Assembly: GCA_029261035.1 (NCBI GenBank)
Contig: JAJDCD010000023.1
Location: 38,501 to 102,500, forward strand
DNA from: Candidatus Omnitrophota bacterium
GTDB taxonomy: Bacteria > Omnitrophota > Omnitrophia > Omnitrophales > JACROU01
Reading direction: 5' to 3'
Length of the DNA: 64,000 nt
The notes under the pieces are model-generated. The model saw nothing but the letters and a program-made list of their open reading frames with translations, ran no database searches and was not told where the DNA came from. Numbering within the stretch: position 1 is the stretch's first letter; each line of letters opens with the position of its first letter. Shown in pieces: positions 8,848 through 17,988 of the stretch. The position numbers and the translations under genes were made by a program.

Positions 8848-9879
8848 TTATACTATCTTCAGCACAATCTTTCCGAAGTTTTTTCTGTCTAGCATGTGTT
8901 GATGGGCTTCCTTTGCTGCTTCGAGTGGGAATACTTTATCGATGACGGGTTTGAAGGTTCCTTCTTCTACTTTTTTTATGACTTCGAGTAACTCTGAGAG
9001 ACCTCCCATATAATTTCCCATGATGGACTGTTGTTTCATGAATAAAAACCGAAGATCGATTTTAACTTCGGGGCCCGTGGTTGCTCCGCAAGTAACAAGA
9101 CGTCCTCTTTTTGATAGGGAAGCCATGCTTTCTTCCCATGTAGCAGGCCCTACGTGTTCGAAAACTACGTTCACGCCTTTTCCTTCAGTAATGTCTAAAA
9201 CTTTTTCTGATATTTTTTCTGTGGAGTAATTAATTGTATGATCTGCTCCGAGATCTGTGGCGAGTTTTAATTTTTCGTCATTTCCTGCTGTTGCGATAAC
9301 GTTTGCTCCAATAGACTTTGCAATTTGAATTGCCGCGATTCCAATTCCACTGCCCGCTGCTTGGATTAAAACGCTTTCGCTTTGAATTAATTTGGCTTGA
9401 GTCACAAGCATGTGCCATGAGGTGAGGAATGTAAGTGGAATCGAAGCCCACTCTTCGAAGGTGAGTTTATCTGAAATTGGAATAATGTTTCGTGCGGGAC
9501 ATTTAACCAATTCGGCATAGCCGCCGTCTCTTAGAAAGCCCATTATTTTGTAACTGTCGCACATACTGTCCCAACCGCTTGTGCATGAATCACAAGTACC
9601 GCAAGAAACTCCGGGAGCGATAAGAACTCGGTCGCCGGGTTTAATCCCTTCAACTTCAGCACCTACTTCTTCGACAATACCTGCAGAGTCACATCCTAAA
9701 ATATGAGGAAGAGGAATGGGAACGCCTGGCATGCCTAAGCGAGTCCAAATATCTAAATGATTTAAGGCACAAGCATGATTGCGGACGAGCACTTCCTTTT
9801 CGTTAATCGTTGGATCGTTTACGTCCCCGTATTGCATTACATCTACTTCACCGTGTTGATCAAAATAAACTGCTTTCAT
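8848..9879 (-). CDS. Zinc-binding alcohol dehydrogenase / medium-chain dehydrogenase-reductase family oxidoreductase
   Basis: 343 aa. N-terminus MKAVYFDQHGEVDV...VLVRNHACALNHLDIW is typical of the quinone oxidoreductase/ADH_zinc_N family. Rossmann-like AAGSGIGIAAIQIA motif. An AGGAG ribosome-binding site precedes the ATG. Confidence 0.8.
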   Translation of the reverse strand: MKAVYFDQHGEVDVMQYGDVNDPTINEKEVLVRNHACALNHLDIWTRLGMPGVPIPLPHILGCDSAGIVEEVGAEVEGIKPGDRVLIAPGVSCGTCDSCTSGWDSMCDSYKIMGFLRDGGYAELVKCPARNIIPISDKLTFEEWASIPLTFLTSWHMLVTQAKLIQSESVLIQAAGSGIGIAAIQIAKSIGANVIATAGNDEKLKLATDLGADHTINYSTEKISEKVLDITEGKGVNVVFEHVGPATWEESMASLSKRGRLVTCGATTGPEVKIDLRFLFMKQQSIMGNYMGGLSELLEVIKKVEEGTFKPVIDKVFPLEAAKEAHQHMLDRKNFGKIVLKIV

Positions 9880-10015
9880 GTTTTCTCCTTTGTTTATGGC
9901 TTATAGCTATTAGTCTTTAGCTTTTAGCAGAAACTTTTCTTTTTGTTATACTCCATTATCTTTTAAGGGGGCCAGGCCTTGGGGTCTGGCCCAAATACGG
10001 TCTTTTGTCATAAAA

Positions 10016-11215
10016 TCACTTTTGATTATTAGCTTTTAGTAACAATATAATTCCTACAGTCAGAACTACTATTAATTCTAAAATTGCGATTCTGAAATTG
10101 AATTGATCTGCAATTAAAGCAAAAAGGGCCATGGAAAAGCAAGAAAGTTTTGTTGTCATTCCATAGATCCCAAAAAATTCCCCAATTTTTTCTTTTGGAG
10201 AAATTTGAATTAAATATTTGCGACCCGAGGTCCAAATGCCAGCAAAGCTAAAGGATCCAAAAAGAATAACGCTGGATAAGGCTATAATTGGGTTTGGGGC
10301 GATGGTGAGTATGATGAGACAAATCCAAAGAGAAAGGGCAGAGAAAAAAAGAATTTTAAAAGCACCCACGCGGTCTGTAATAAAAGCGAGAGTAAATCCA
10401 AAAATAGCAGCGGCTAAGTTAGATCCAATAAGAATGAGGATGACCGAGCCTTGTTCTAGTCCAAAAGTGAATTTCAAAAAAACAGAAAGCCAAAGAATGA
10501 CGGCGTTCATCGCTTCAAGAATAAAAAAATGAGCTACAAAAAAATAAAAAACTTTTTTGTGATGAGGGATTTCTAATAATGTATGAGTTACTTCTTTGAA
10601 GTATTTACTGACATCTTTAAAACTAAAAGGCTCTGGGTTTGTGACTCTTCTTTCAGGAACATTCATAAATAGAGGTATTGCGGCCAGAAAATAAAAAATG
10701 CCGACCATTGGAAAAACAAAACGGGTTCCTAAGTAGTTTTGCACTAAGTAAGCCAATGGCAGAGCTAGAAGAACTCCCGTATAGCCTAAACCTGTTCCAA
10801 CTCCTGAAACCCAACCCTGTTTTTCGGGTGGGCTCACAACGGGAAGAAGTGAGTTGTAAAAGACCAGGCTGAGAAGAAATGAAAAATGAGCGACGGAAAA
10901 GAATACGAGTAGCCATATCAGTTGAGAAGAAAGACCTAAAAAAGCTGTAAAAAAACAGGTGAGACAGGTACTGATAAGGAGGTAAAACTTTGTTTTTCCG
11001 GTTCTGTCTGCTACGGCACCCATGGCTGGAGAGAAAACCCCAGCAAGAATCATCACTAGAGAAGCGGTTAAGCCTAATGAGGCCTTCCATTCTGTGATCG
11101 ATGTGACATAAAGGGGGAGAAATAAGGTCACAATCGCAGCAGAATAGAGGGTGTTGGCCAAGTCATACAGGGCCCAACTAGTGGTTTTCTTGTGGTCGAG
11201 TTGCTGGCTATCCAT
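10016..11215 (-). CDS. MFS transporter, UMF1/Atg22-like family
   Basis: Multi-pass membrane protein containing the WALYDLANTLYS motif characteristic of UMF1 family transporters. The start was chosen at MDSQQ (nt 11215); the longer ORF reaching 11284 is less likely. Confidence 0.7.
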   Translation of the reverse strand: MDSQQLDHKKTTSWALYDLANTLYSAAIVTLFLPLYVTSITEWKASLGLTASLVMILAGVFSPAMGAVADRTGKTKFYLLISTCLTCFFTAFLGLSSQLIWLLVFFSVAHFSFLLSLVFYNSLLPVVSPPEKQGWVSGVGTGLGYTGVLLALPLAYLVQNYLGTRFVFPMVGIFYFLAAIPLFMNVPERRVTNPEPFSFKDVSKYFKEVTHTLLEIPHHKKVFYFFVAHFFILEAMNAVILWLSVFLKFTFGLEQGSVILILIGSNLAAAIFGFTLAFITDRVGAFKILFFSALSLWICLIILTIAPNPIIALSSVILFGSFSFAGIWTSGRKYLIQISPKEKIGEFFGIYGMTTKLSCFSMALFALIADQFNFRIAILELIVVLTVGIILLLKANNQK

Positions 11216-11371
11216 AGGGATGCAGTATATATAAAAAACCCTTATGTTTATAGGACTTTTTAACCTTATTTTCCCTTCACACAAGTCTCTTTTCAGGGTA
11301 CAATACTCAGCTTATCTAGCGGCTATTTAGTCGCCTTTAGGATTTTAACTGATTCAATTTATAGGTTATTC

Positions 11372-11722
11372 ATGAATGAAGCTGTACTGATATTTACTCT
11401 TATTTTCTCTGCTTTGATTGTAGGAACCTTACTGGGATTACATCTTTTATTGAGTCCAAAGAACCCTAACTCAGTAAAGTCCGCTCCTTTTGAGTGCGGA
11501 AAGGACCCAATTTCTGAGCCTAAAGGGCGATTATCGGTACGATTTTATATTGTTGCGATGCTTTTTCTTATTTTTGATATCGAACTTGTGTTTCTTTATC
11601 CCTGGGCTGTTTTGTTTAGAGATTTAGGGGTTGTTGGATTTTTGGACATGCTTGTCTTTATTGTTATTTTGATGACAGGCTTTATTTATGCCTGGAAAAA
11701 GGGAGCTTTAAAATGGAGCTAA
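11372..11722 (+). CDS. nuoA: NADH-quinone oxidoreductase subunit A
   Basis: 116 aa, 3 TM segments, FECG...P motif typical of NuoA/ND3. Confidence 0.9.
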   Translation: MNEAVLIFTLIFSALIVGTLLGLHLLLSPKNPNSVKSAPFECGKDPISEPKGRLSVRFYIVAMLFLIFDIELVFLYPWAVLFRDLGVVGFLDMLVFIVILMTGFIYAWKKGALKWS

Positions 11723-12237
11723 CTGCCCCACAAAAAGAAAATATTCAAAAAATTGAACACTCTAACTTGTTTACTCCTGGTTTTTTTAGCTCAAAGGTAT
11801 CTGAGGTTGTGGGTTGGGCAAGAAAGAATTCGATCTTTCAGTTTCCAATGGTAACGGCTTGTTGTGGAATGGAATACATGTCTGTTGCTTGTTCTCATTA
11901 TGATATCGATCGTTTTGGAGCGGGTTTTCCTCGTTTTAGTCCGCGTCAATCCGATGTTCTCTTTGTGGTTGGAACCATTAGTCATAAGATGGCGCCTGTG
12001 ATGAAACGTATTTATGAACAGATGACAGAACCTAAGTGGGTTGTTGCCTTTGGCGTGTGTACTTGTACCGGGGGTTTTTATGATAATTATGCAACGGTTC
12101 AGGGGATCGATACGATTATTCCTGTCGATGTGTATATCCCTGGATGTCCTCCAAGACCAGAGACTGTGATTGATGGACTTATTAAACTTCAAGAAAAAAT
12201 TGAACACTCTGGTTTCGAATCCAGACCTGGAAAGTAA
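11713..12237 (+). CDS. nuoB: NADH-quinone oxidoreductase subunit B
   Basis: CCGMEYM and GCPP Fe-S ligand motifs. Overlaps the nuoA stop codon. Confidence 0.92.
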   Translation: MELTAPQKENIQKIEHSNLFTPGFFSSKVSEVVGWARKNSIFQFPMVTACCGMEYMSVACSHYDIDRFGAGFPRFSPRQSDVLFVVGTISHKMAPVMKRIYEQMTEPKWVVAFGVCTCTGGFYDNYATVQGIDTIIPVDVYIPGCPPRPETVIDGLIKLQEKIEHSGFESRPGK

Positions 12238-12245
12238 TCTAAAAA

Positions 12246-12728
12246 ATGACTGATTTAATAGAAGTAATTCAAAATAAATTCCCAGATTTAGTCGAGTCTT
12301 CTCATAGCCAATGTGGCGACCAGACCGTTGTGCTCAAAAAAGAAGGTCTTTTAACGGTAATGAAGTACGTTCAACATGAGCCTTCTCTTCATTTCAATAT
12401 GTTGATGGATCTTACGGCTGTAGATTACTGGGCTCAACTTAGAAAACCTCGCTTTGATGTGGTTTATCATTTGTATTCAACAACAAAAAATCATCGATTG
12501 CGTATTAAAGTTCAAGTAAGTGAAAAAGAGTGTGAAGTAGATTCGTTAACTTCTTTTTGGCCATCCGCGAATTGGTTTGAAAGAGAAGTGTGGGATATGT
12601 TTGGCGTTAAATTTAAGGGCCATCCAAATATGAAACGTATTTTGATGTACGAAGAGTTTAAAGGGCATCCGTTGAGAAAAGATTATATGTATAACAAAAG
12701 ACAACCTCTTGTGGGGCCTGTGAATTAA
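12246..12728 (+). CDS. nuoC: NADH-quinone oxidoreductase subunit C
   Basis: EREVWDMFGVKFKGHPNMKRIL signature of NuoC/30-kDa subunit. Confidence 0.9.
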   Translation: MTDLIEVIQNKFPDLVESSHSQCGDQTVVLKKEGLLTVMKYVQHEPSLHFNMLMDLTAVDYWAQLRKPRFDVVYHLYSTTKNHRLRIKVQVSEKECEVDSLTSFWPSANWFEREVWDMFGVKFKGHPNMKRILMYEEFKGHPLRKDYMYNKRQPLVGPVN

Positions 12729-12763
12729 GTACGGAAGTCTGATAGTTATAGAAAAAGGAAAAA

Positions 12764-14137
12764 ATGAGCGAATATTCAAAATTAGATGTAACTCAAGAAA
12801 CGATTGATGCTGAGACGGAAGGGATGACGATCAATATGGGTCCTGCCCATCCCGCTATGCATGGTGTTGTCCGTCTGATTATGAATTTAGATGGGGAACG
12901 CATCCGTAAAGTGGATGTTGAGATTGGTTATTTGCATCGAGCGTTTGAAAAGTCGGCAGAGCAAGCCGGTTATCTGCAGGTGATTCCTTATACGGATCGT
13001 TTAAATTATGTGTCTCCACTGATTAATAATTTTGGTTATGCGAGTGCCGTTGAAAAACTGATGGGCATTGAAACTACAGAACGTTGCCAATTTATTCGTG
13101 TGATCATGAGTGAAATTTCTCGTGTTTCGGATCATTTAACTTGTGTAGGAGCTTCAGCGATGGAGTTGGGAGCTTTTACGGCATTTCTGTATTTAATGAA
13201 AGCTAGAGAATATTTGTACGAGCTTGTTGAAGAAGTTACAGGGGCGCGCCTCACAATTTCTTATGTGCGCATCGGAGGGGTTAAGGCAGATTTTCCAGAA
13301 GGTTTTAAGGGAAGAGCGCTTAATGCGATTAAAGAAGTACGAAAAGTTTTAAAAGAAACAAATCAGCTGTTAACGCGTAATCGAATTTTTATGGATCGTT
13401 TAGAAGGAATAGGTCTGATCTCTCAGGAAGATGCGATTGCTCATGGAATTACAGGGCCGTTTCTTCGTTCGACAGGTTGTGATTTTGATTTAAGAAAAGC
13501 GAGTCCTTATTGGGTGTACGACCGTATTGATTTTGATGTCCCAGTTGGAAGTCGCGGAGATAACTATGACCGTTACTTAGTCCGTTTAGAAGAAATGGAA
13601 CAAAGTATGCGTATTATTGAAAAAGCATTCGCATTGATGAAAGAAGGAAGTATTCGCGTAGATGCTCAAGGAAAAGAAATTCCTGCATCTTTGATGGTGG
13701 ACGAAGCCAAGATGGGAAACACAAAAGGTTTCTGGCAGTTCGAACCTCAGGTGGACCCTACGCTAGAAGGAACCGCGAAAAAAAATCAGAAAGCTATTTA
13801 TCCGGATGTTGAAGATAAGAAAGAATTCATGTTGCCGGCGAAAGAAAATACATACGGCAATATTGAAGGGCTCATGAATCATTTTAAATTGATCATGATT
13901 GGTCATGGTACGAGTCCTCCTAAAGGGGAAGTTTATTTTCCTGTTGAGGGAGGGAACGGAGAGCTTGGTTTTTATGTTGTGAGCGATGGGACGGATCGTC
14001 CTTATCGAGTGCGAGTGCATCCTCCTTGCTTTCCTATTATGTCGGCTCTTCCTAAGATGTTGGAAGGGGACATGGTGGCGGATGTGATTGCGACGTTTGG
14101 TTCGGTGAATATGATTGCGGGGGAGTTGGATAGGTAG
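12764..14137 (+). CDS. nuoD: NADH-quinone oxidoreductase subunit D
   Basis: NMGPAHPAMHGVVRL motif; 49-kDa subunit family. At 457 aa it is slightly long for this family. Confidence 0.9.
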   Translation: MSEYSKLDVTQETIDAETEGMTINMGPAHPAMHGVVRLIMNLDGERIRKVDVEIGYLHRAFEKSAEQAGYLQVIPYTDRLNYVSPLINNFGYASAVEKLMGIETTERCQFIRVIMSEISRVSDHLTCVGASAMELGAFTAFLYLMKAREYLYELVEEVTGARLTISYVRIGGVKADFPEGFKGRALNAIKEVRKVLKETNQLLTRNRIFMDRLEGIGLISQEDAIAHGITGPFLRSTGCDFDLRKASPYWVYDRIDFDVPVGSRGDNYDRYLVRLEEMEQSMRIIEKAFALMKEGSIRVDAQGKEIPASLMVDEAKMGNTKGFWQFEPQVDPTLEGTAKKNQKAIYPDVEDKKEFMLPAKENTYGNIEGLMNHFKLIMIGHGTSPPKGEVYFPVEGGNGELGFYVVSDGTDRPYRVRVHPPCFPIMSALPKMLEGDMVADVIATFGSVNMIAGELDR

Positions 14138-14163
14138 ATGTGGGGTTTGAAAGTTGCGTCGTC

Positions 14164-14259
14164 GGAATTATATTTCCCCGGCGCTCAGACAGCACAAAAG
14201 TGACTGTCACCTGGGGTGACCGTCACTTTTGTGAACTCGCGGCGGGGAAATATAATTCC
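14164..14259. mobile_element. MITE-like palindromic element, family B copy 1 (conserved core CCGGCGCTCAGACAGCACAAAA...TTTTGTGAACTCGCGGCGG with 16-bp perfect inverted flanks)
   Basis: Flanks ggaattatatttcccc / ggggaaatataattcc are exact reverse complements. The core is shared with 35270..35353 and 44890..44970. The element sits inside the nuoD-nuoE spacer. Confidence 0.7.
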
Positions 14260-14338
14260 TCCTCCTAGAGAACCAAACGTCTCGTTTTTTATTGGTTTAG
14301 GGCGAGGTGCTTCGCGCAATATGTTTTGCTAATAGCTA

Positions 14339-14410
14339 GTGACTGTCACTTTTGCTTAGTTGAAAATAGTGGAAGAGATTGGCGGTGACAGTCACTGAAG
14401 TGACAGTCAC
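14339..14410 (+). repeat. Family A palindrome array (GTGACTGTCAC ... GTGACAGTCAC tgaa GTGACAGTCAC) immediately upstream of nuoE
   Basis: Three copies of the 11-bp palindrome. The same tripartite unit recurs at 16245..16313 upstream of nuoG. The array ends 27 nt before the nuoE ATG. Confidence 0.75.
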
Positions 14411-14437
14411 CTAAAAAGCTATAGACAAAGGAATATA

Positions 14438-14902
14438 ATGGAAATACCTGAAGAGTTAAAGAAGAAGTGGGATGAGGCTGTGGCGCGGTATGAGGAGAAG
14501 AGGGCTGCTTTGCTTCCTGTGTTGAGATTAAGCCAAGATCATTTTGGGTATATTTCTGCAGAGGTGGAAGAGGCTGTTGCTCATTATATGGGGACGACAC
14601 CTGTTCATATTCGGGAAGTGGTTACTTTTTATGAGCTTTTTCATACGAAGCCTGTGGGTAAGAACAATATTCAATTCTGCCATACGCTTGCTTGTAACTT
14701 GAATGGTTGTGAGCCGTTGATTAAACAGCTGAAAGAAAAGATTGGAATTAAAGAAGGGGAGACCTCTTCCGATGGGAAGTATTCTTTTTCTAGAGCAGAG
14801 TGTTTAGGGGCTTGTGAGATGGCTCCAATGATGAAAATCAACAAAGACATTTATGGTCCGTTGGATAAAGATAAACTAAACGAGATTATTGAGAACCTCT
14901 AA
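14438..14902 (+). CDS. nuoE: NADH-quinone oxidoreductase subunit E (2Fe-2S)
   Basis: Thioredoxin-like [2Fe-2S] NuoE pattern (C..LAC...GC...C). An AAGGA ribosome-binding site precedes the start. Confidence 0.9.
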   Translation: MEIPEELKKKWDEAVARYEEKRAALLPVLRLSQDHFGYISAEVEEAVAHYMGTTPVHIREVVTFYELFHTKPVGKNNIQFCHTLACNLNGCEPLIKQLKEKIGIKEGETSSDGKYSFSRAECLGACEMAPMMKINKDIYGPLDKDKLNEIIENL

Positions 14903-14912
14903 GTTTTAATGG

Positions 14913-14937
14913 GGGACTGTCCCTTCGGGACTGTCCC
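14913..14937. repeat. Tandem GGGACTGTCCC-ttc-GGGACTGTCCC palindromes in the nuoE-nuoF spacer (variant of family A)
   Basis: Two copies of an 11-bp palindrome of the same GNGACTGTCNC form. Confidence 0.6.
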
Positions 14938-14966
14938 AGACTAAGTCTAGAAGGCAACTATTAATT

Positions 14967-16244
14967 ATGACGGAAAAATTAATTACAAAATATTTAGAAC
15001 TTACGGATGCGAATAAAATAGATGTGTTTGAATCTAAGGACGGCTATAGCCGTATCCAAAAAGTCTTAAAAGAATTAAAGCCAGAAGAAGTGGTTGATGA
15101 AGTTAAAAAATCAAACCTTCGAGGGTTGGGTGGAGCTGGTTTCTCTACTGGGATGAAGTGGAGCTTTATTCCTAAGGATGGAAAGAAACCTGTTTATCTT
15201 GTTTGTAATTGTGATGAGGCTGAGCCGGGCACTTTTAAAGACAGACATATTGTTACATCGACACCTCATTTATTGTTAGAGGGGATGATGATTGCTGCTT
15301 TTGCTGTTAATGCACATAAAGCTTACATATTTATTCGGGGTGAGTACGAACGTCCGTACGAACGTCTGGCAAAAGCGGTTGAAGAAGCTTACGCAAAAGG
15401 GTATTTAGGAAAAAATATTTTTGGTAGTGGTTATGATTTGGACATTGTTGTGCATCAAGGTGCTGGCGCTTATATTTGCGGAGAAGAATCGGCATTACTT
15501 GAAGCTCTTGAAGGAAAAAAAGGTTGGCCCAGATTAAAACCTCCTTTCCCTGCCGTTGTTGGGTTGTTTGGCTGCCCTACGGTGATCAACAATGTTGAGA
15601 CTTTATCGTATTTGCCTTTAGTGATGCAAGGTGGGGCAGATTGGTTTTCGAAATTAGCCGGAGAAGAAAAGTCTGGAGGAACGCGTCTTTTTTGTGTGAG
15701 TGGACACGTCAATAAACCTGGAATTTATGAGCTCCCTGTTGATACAACGTTAAGATCTTTGATTTATGATCATGCCGGAGGAATCCGAGGGGGTAAGCAA
15801 TTAAAAGCAGTTGTCCCTGGGGGTATTTCTGCCCCGATATTAAGTGCTGAAGAAATTGATGTCAAAATGGATTTCGATTCTTTGAGAGCTGCTGGAACCA
15901 TGGCGGGATCTGGGGGTGTGATGGTGATGGATGAAGATACCAATATGGTAGAAGCGTTGATGGTTGCTTCTCGTTTTTTTGCTCACGAATCTTGCGGCCA
16001 GTGTTCTCCTTGTCGTGAAGGAAGTGCCTGGCTTTATAAAATTGTGAAACGTATTAATGAAGGTGAAGGCCGTGTTGAGGACTTAGATAGTATGTTGTCT
16101 ATTGCAGGTAATATTTCTGGAACGACTATTTGTGCGTTAGGGGATGCTGCAGCAATGCCTGTCACAAGTTATATTAAAAAATTTAGAAGTGATTTTGAAG
16201 ATTATATTAGTGACTGTCACTTGCCTGTGGAAACACAGAGCTAA
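14967..16244 (+). CDS. nuoF: NADH-quinone oxidoreductase subunit F (NADH/FMN binding, 4Fe-4S)
   Basis: GLGGAGFSTGMKW, ESCGQCSPCREG motifs. A GTGACTGTCAC palindrome (16210..16220) lies within the last codons. Confidence 0.93.
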   Translation: MTEKLITKYLELTDANKIDVFESKDGYSRIQKVLKELKPEEVVDEVKKSNLRGLGGAGFSTGMKWSFIPKDGKKPVYLVCNCDEAEPGTFKDRHIVTSTPHLLLEGMMIAAFAVNAHKAYIFIRGEYERPYERLAKAVEEAYAKGYLGKNIFGSGYDLDIVVHQGAGAYICGEESALLEALEGKKGWPRLKPPFPAVVGLFGCPTVINNVETLSYLPLVMQGGADWFSKLAGEEKSGGTRLFCVSGHVNKPGIYELPVDTTLRSLIYDHAGGIRGGKQLKAVVPGGISAPILSAEEIDVKMDFDSLRAAGTMAGSGGVMVMDEDTNMVEALMVASRFFAHESCGQCSPCREGSAWLYKIVKRINEGEGRVEDLDSMLSIAGNISGTTICALGDAAAMPVTSYIKKFRSDFEDYISDCHLPVETQS

Positions 16245-16313
16245 GTGACTGTCACTATTAGGGCATAGAAAAAATTAGAGAAAGACGGTGACAGTCACTA
16301 AAGTGACAGTCAC
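16245..16313 (+). repeat. Family A palindrome array upstream of nuoG
   Basis: gtgactgtcac...ggtgacagtcac-taaa-gtgacagtcac-ctaaaagcc. Its architecture is collinear with 14339..14410. Confidence 0.75.
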
Positions 16314-16347
16314 CTAAAAGCCAATAGCTATAGGAGTTCGAAGAGTT

Positions 16348-17976
16348 ATGCCAAAAGTTACCATTGATGGTCATGAGATAGAGGTTTCTCAGGGAACAAC
16401 AATCATGCAAGCCACAAAACAGTTAGCAATTGAAGTGCCTTATTATTGTTGGCACCCAGGGCTTTCTGTTGCGGGAAATTGTCGTATGTGTCTTGTGGAT
16501 GTTGAAGGTCCTCCAAAGCCTCAAATTGCGTGTTACACCCAGGTTACTGAGGGAATGGTAGTCCATACGCAGTCTGAGAAGGCGAAGAAAGCACGTAAAG
16601 GAACTTTGGAGTTTTTGCTTTCGAATCATCCTTTGGATTGTCCCGTATGTGACCAAGCTGGAGAGTGTGACCTACAAAATTTTTATATGGATCACGGGCA
16701 ATATGATTCTCGATTTGATGAACAAAAACACAAAAAGAAAAAAGCTCAGCCCGTAGGGGAAAACGTGATGTTGGATCAAGAGCGCTGTGTTCTTTGTTCT
16801 CGCTGTGTTCGGTTTTGTGATGAAATTACAGGTACCGGAGAACTGGGTATTGTGAATCGAGGAAGTCATGAAGAGATTACCGTGTTTCCTGGCAAAGAGG
16901 TCAATAATGCTTACTCAGGTAATGTTGTTGATATTTGTCCTGTCGGGGCTTTAACGGATCGTGATTTTCGTTTTAAATGTCGTGTTTGGTATCTTTCCAG
17001 TCAAGACTCGGTATGTCCGGGGTGTTCTCAAGGTTGTAACATTCGTATTGATTCTAATTTATCTCGACCTCAGCATGGAGAGGGTGAGCGAGTGATGCGT
17101 TTAAAGCCAAGAGAAAACTTGAACGTGAATGATTACTGGATGTGTGACGAGGGTCGTTATAACTATAATTTTATTGATCGTAATCGTATTCAAACAGCTT
17201 CTCGAGTTAAAGAAGGGGTTGTTGAAGAAATTTTATTTGAGGATGCAGTTGATTCTTTGGCAAGTGTTTTAGGAGATGCAGTTAGAGAGCAGAGACATGG
17301 ACGTATCGGGGTTCTTGTTTCAACGCAGTTGACCAACGAAGATCTTTTCTTTGTTAAAAAGTTCTTCAAAACTAATCTGGGGATGGATGCAGTAGAATCT
17401 CGTTTTTCATTTCCTGAAGGAAGTAGTGATGACTTTTTGATTAAAGCAGATAAAAGCCCAAATACAGCAGGGGCACAAGCTTTAGAAGTAATTGCTTCTG
17501 GAACGTATCAATCTGGGGAAGATCTAATTGATAAAACGATTGCAGGAGAGTTTGATGTTTTAATTTCTTTCGGAGTCGATATTGATGGGTTGCTAGGAAA
17601 AGAAAAATTAGATGCGATTCTTGAGAAAGTAACATTACTTGCTTATGTTGGCAGTAATCACAATGAAACATCTAAAAAAGCACAGTTGGTTATTCCGAGT
17701 ACGGTTTATGCAGAAAAAGATGGAACCTTTACCAATGTTCATGGAAGGGTTCAGCGTATTTGGCCTGCATTTCCTCCTTTAGGACAAGCTAGACCCGAAT
17801 GGCAGATTATTTGTGACCTTTCAGAAAAGACAGGTTTCTCTGTGTCTGCAGATGATGCGGAATCTATTTTTAGTGAAATCACACAAACAGTTTCTTCTTT
17901 TCAAGGGTTGAGTTATGAAAAACTAGGAAAAGAAGGAAGTCTATTGAGCACAGTTAAAGAAACTGTAGAGAAATAG
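16348..17976 (+). CDS. nuoG: NADH-quinone oxidoreductase subunit G (short form)
   Basis: N-terminal 2Fe-2S CWHPGLSVAGNCRMCLV, 4Fe-4S cysteine clusters, molybdopterin-like domain. At 542 aa it is shorter than enterobacterial NuoG. Confidence 0.9.
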   Translation: MPKVTIDGHEIEVSQGTTIMQATKQLAIEVPYYCWHPGLSVAGNCRMCLVDVEGPPKPQIACYTQVTEGMVVHTQSEKAKKARKGTLEFLLSNHPLDCPVCDQAGECDLQNFYMDHGQYDSRFDEQKHKKKKAQPVGENVMLDQERCVLCSRCVRFCDEITGTGELGIVNRGSHEEITVFPGKEVNNAYSGNVVDICPVGALTDRDFRFKCRVWYLSSQDSVCPGCSQGCNIRIDSNLSRPQHGEGERVMRLKPRENLNVNDYWMCDEGRYNYNFIDRNRIQTASRVKEGVVEEILFEDAVDSLASVLGDAVREQRHGRIGVLVSTQLTNEDLFFVKKFFKTNLGMDAVESRFSFPEGSSDDFLIKADKSPNTAGAQALEVIASGTYQSGEDLIDKTIAGEFDVLISFGVDIDGLLGKEKLDAILEKVTLLAYVGSNHNETSKKAQLVIPSTVYAEKDGTFTNVHGRVQRIWPAFPPLGQARPEWQIICDLSEKTGFSVSADDAESIFSEITQTVSSFQGLSYEKLGKEGSLLSTVKETVEK

Positions 17977-17988
17977 TTAGAGGAACGT

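Noticed and set aside
8763-8945. Six-frame ORFs 8763..8945 (+) and 45442..45636 (+)
   Set aside because: Both begin inside copies of the family C palindromic repeat and run into or over neighbouring real genes. They share sequence only because of the repeat, so they are treated as artefacts.
12205-12235. tRNA T-loop-like string ggtttcgaatcc near the nuoB 3' end
   Set aside because: It lies in frame inside nuoB coding sequence (…HSGFESRPGK) and has no acceptor or anticodon stem context. No tRNA or rRNA genes were recognised anywhere in the window.
14339-16313. The GTGACWGTCAC repeat arrays as a possible CRISPR array
   Set aside because: The repeats are only 11 bp, they are themselves palindromic, they are irregularly spaced (4-35 nt), and they occur inside an operon. 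None of this is CRISPR-like.
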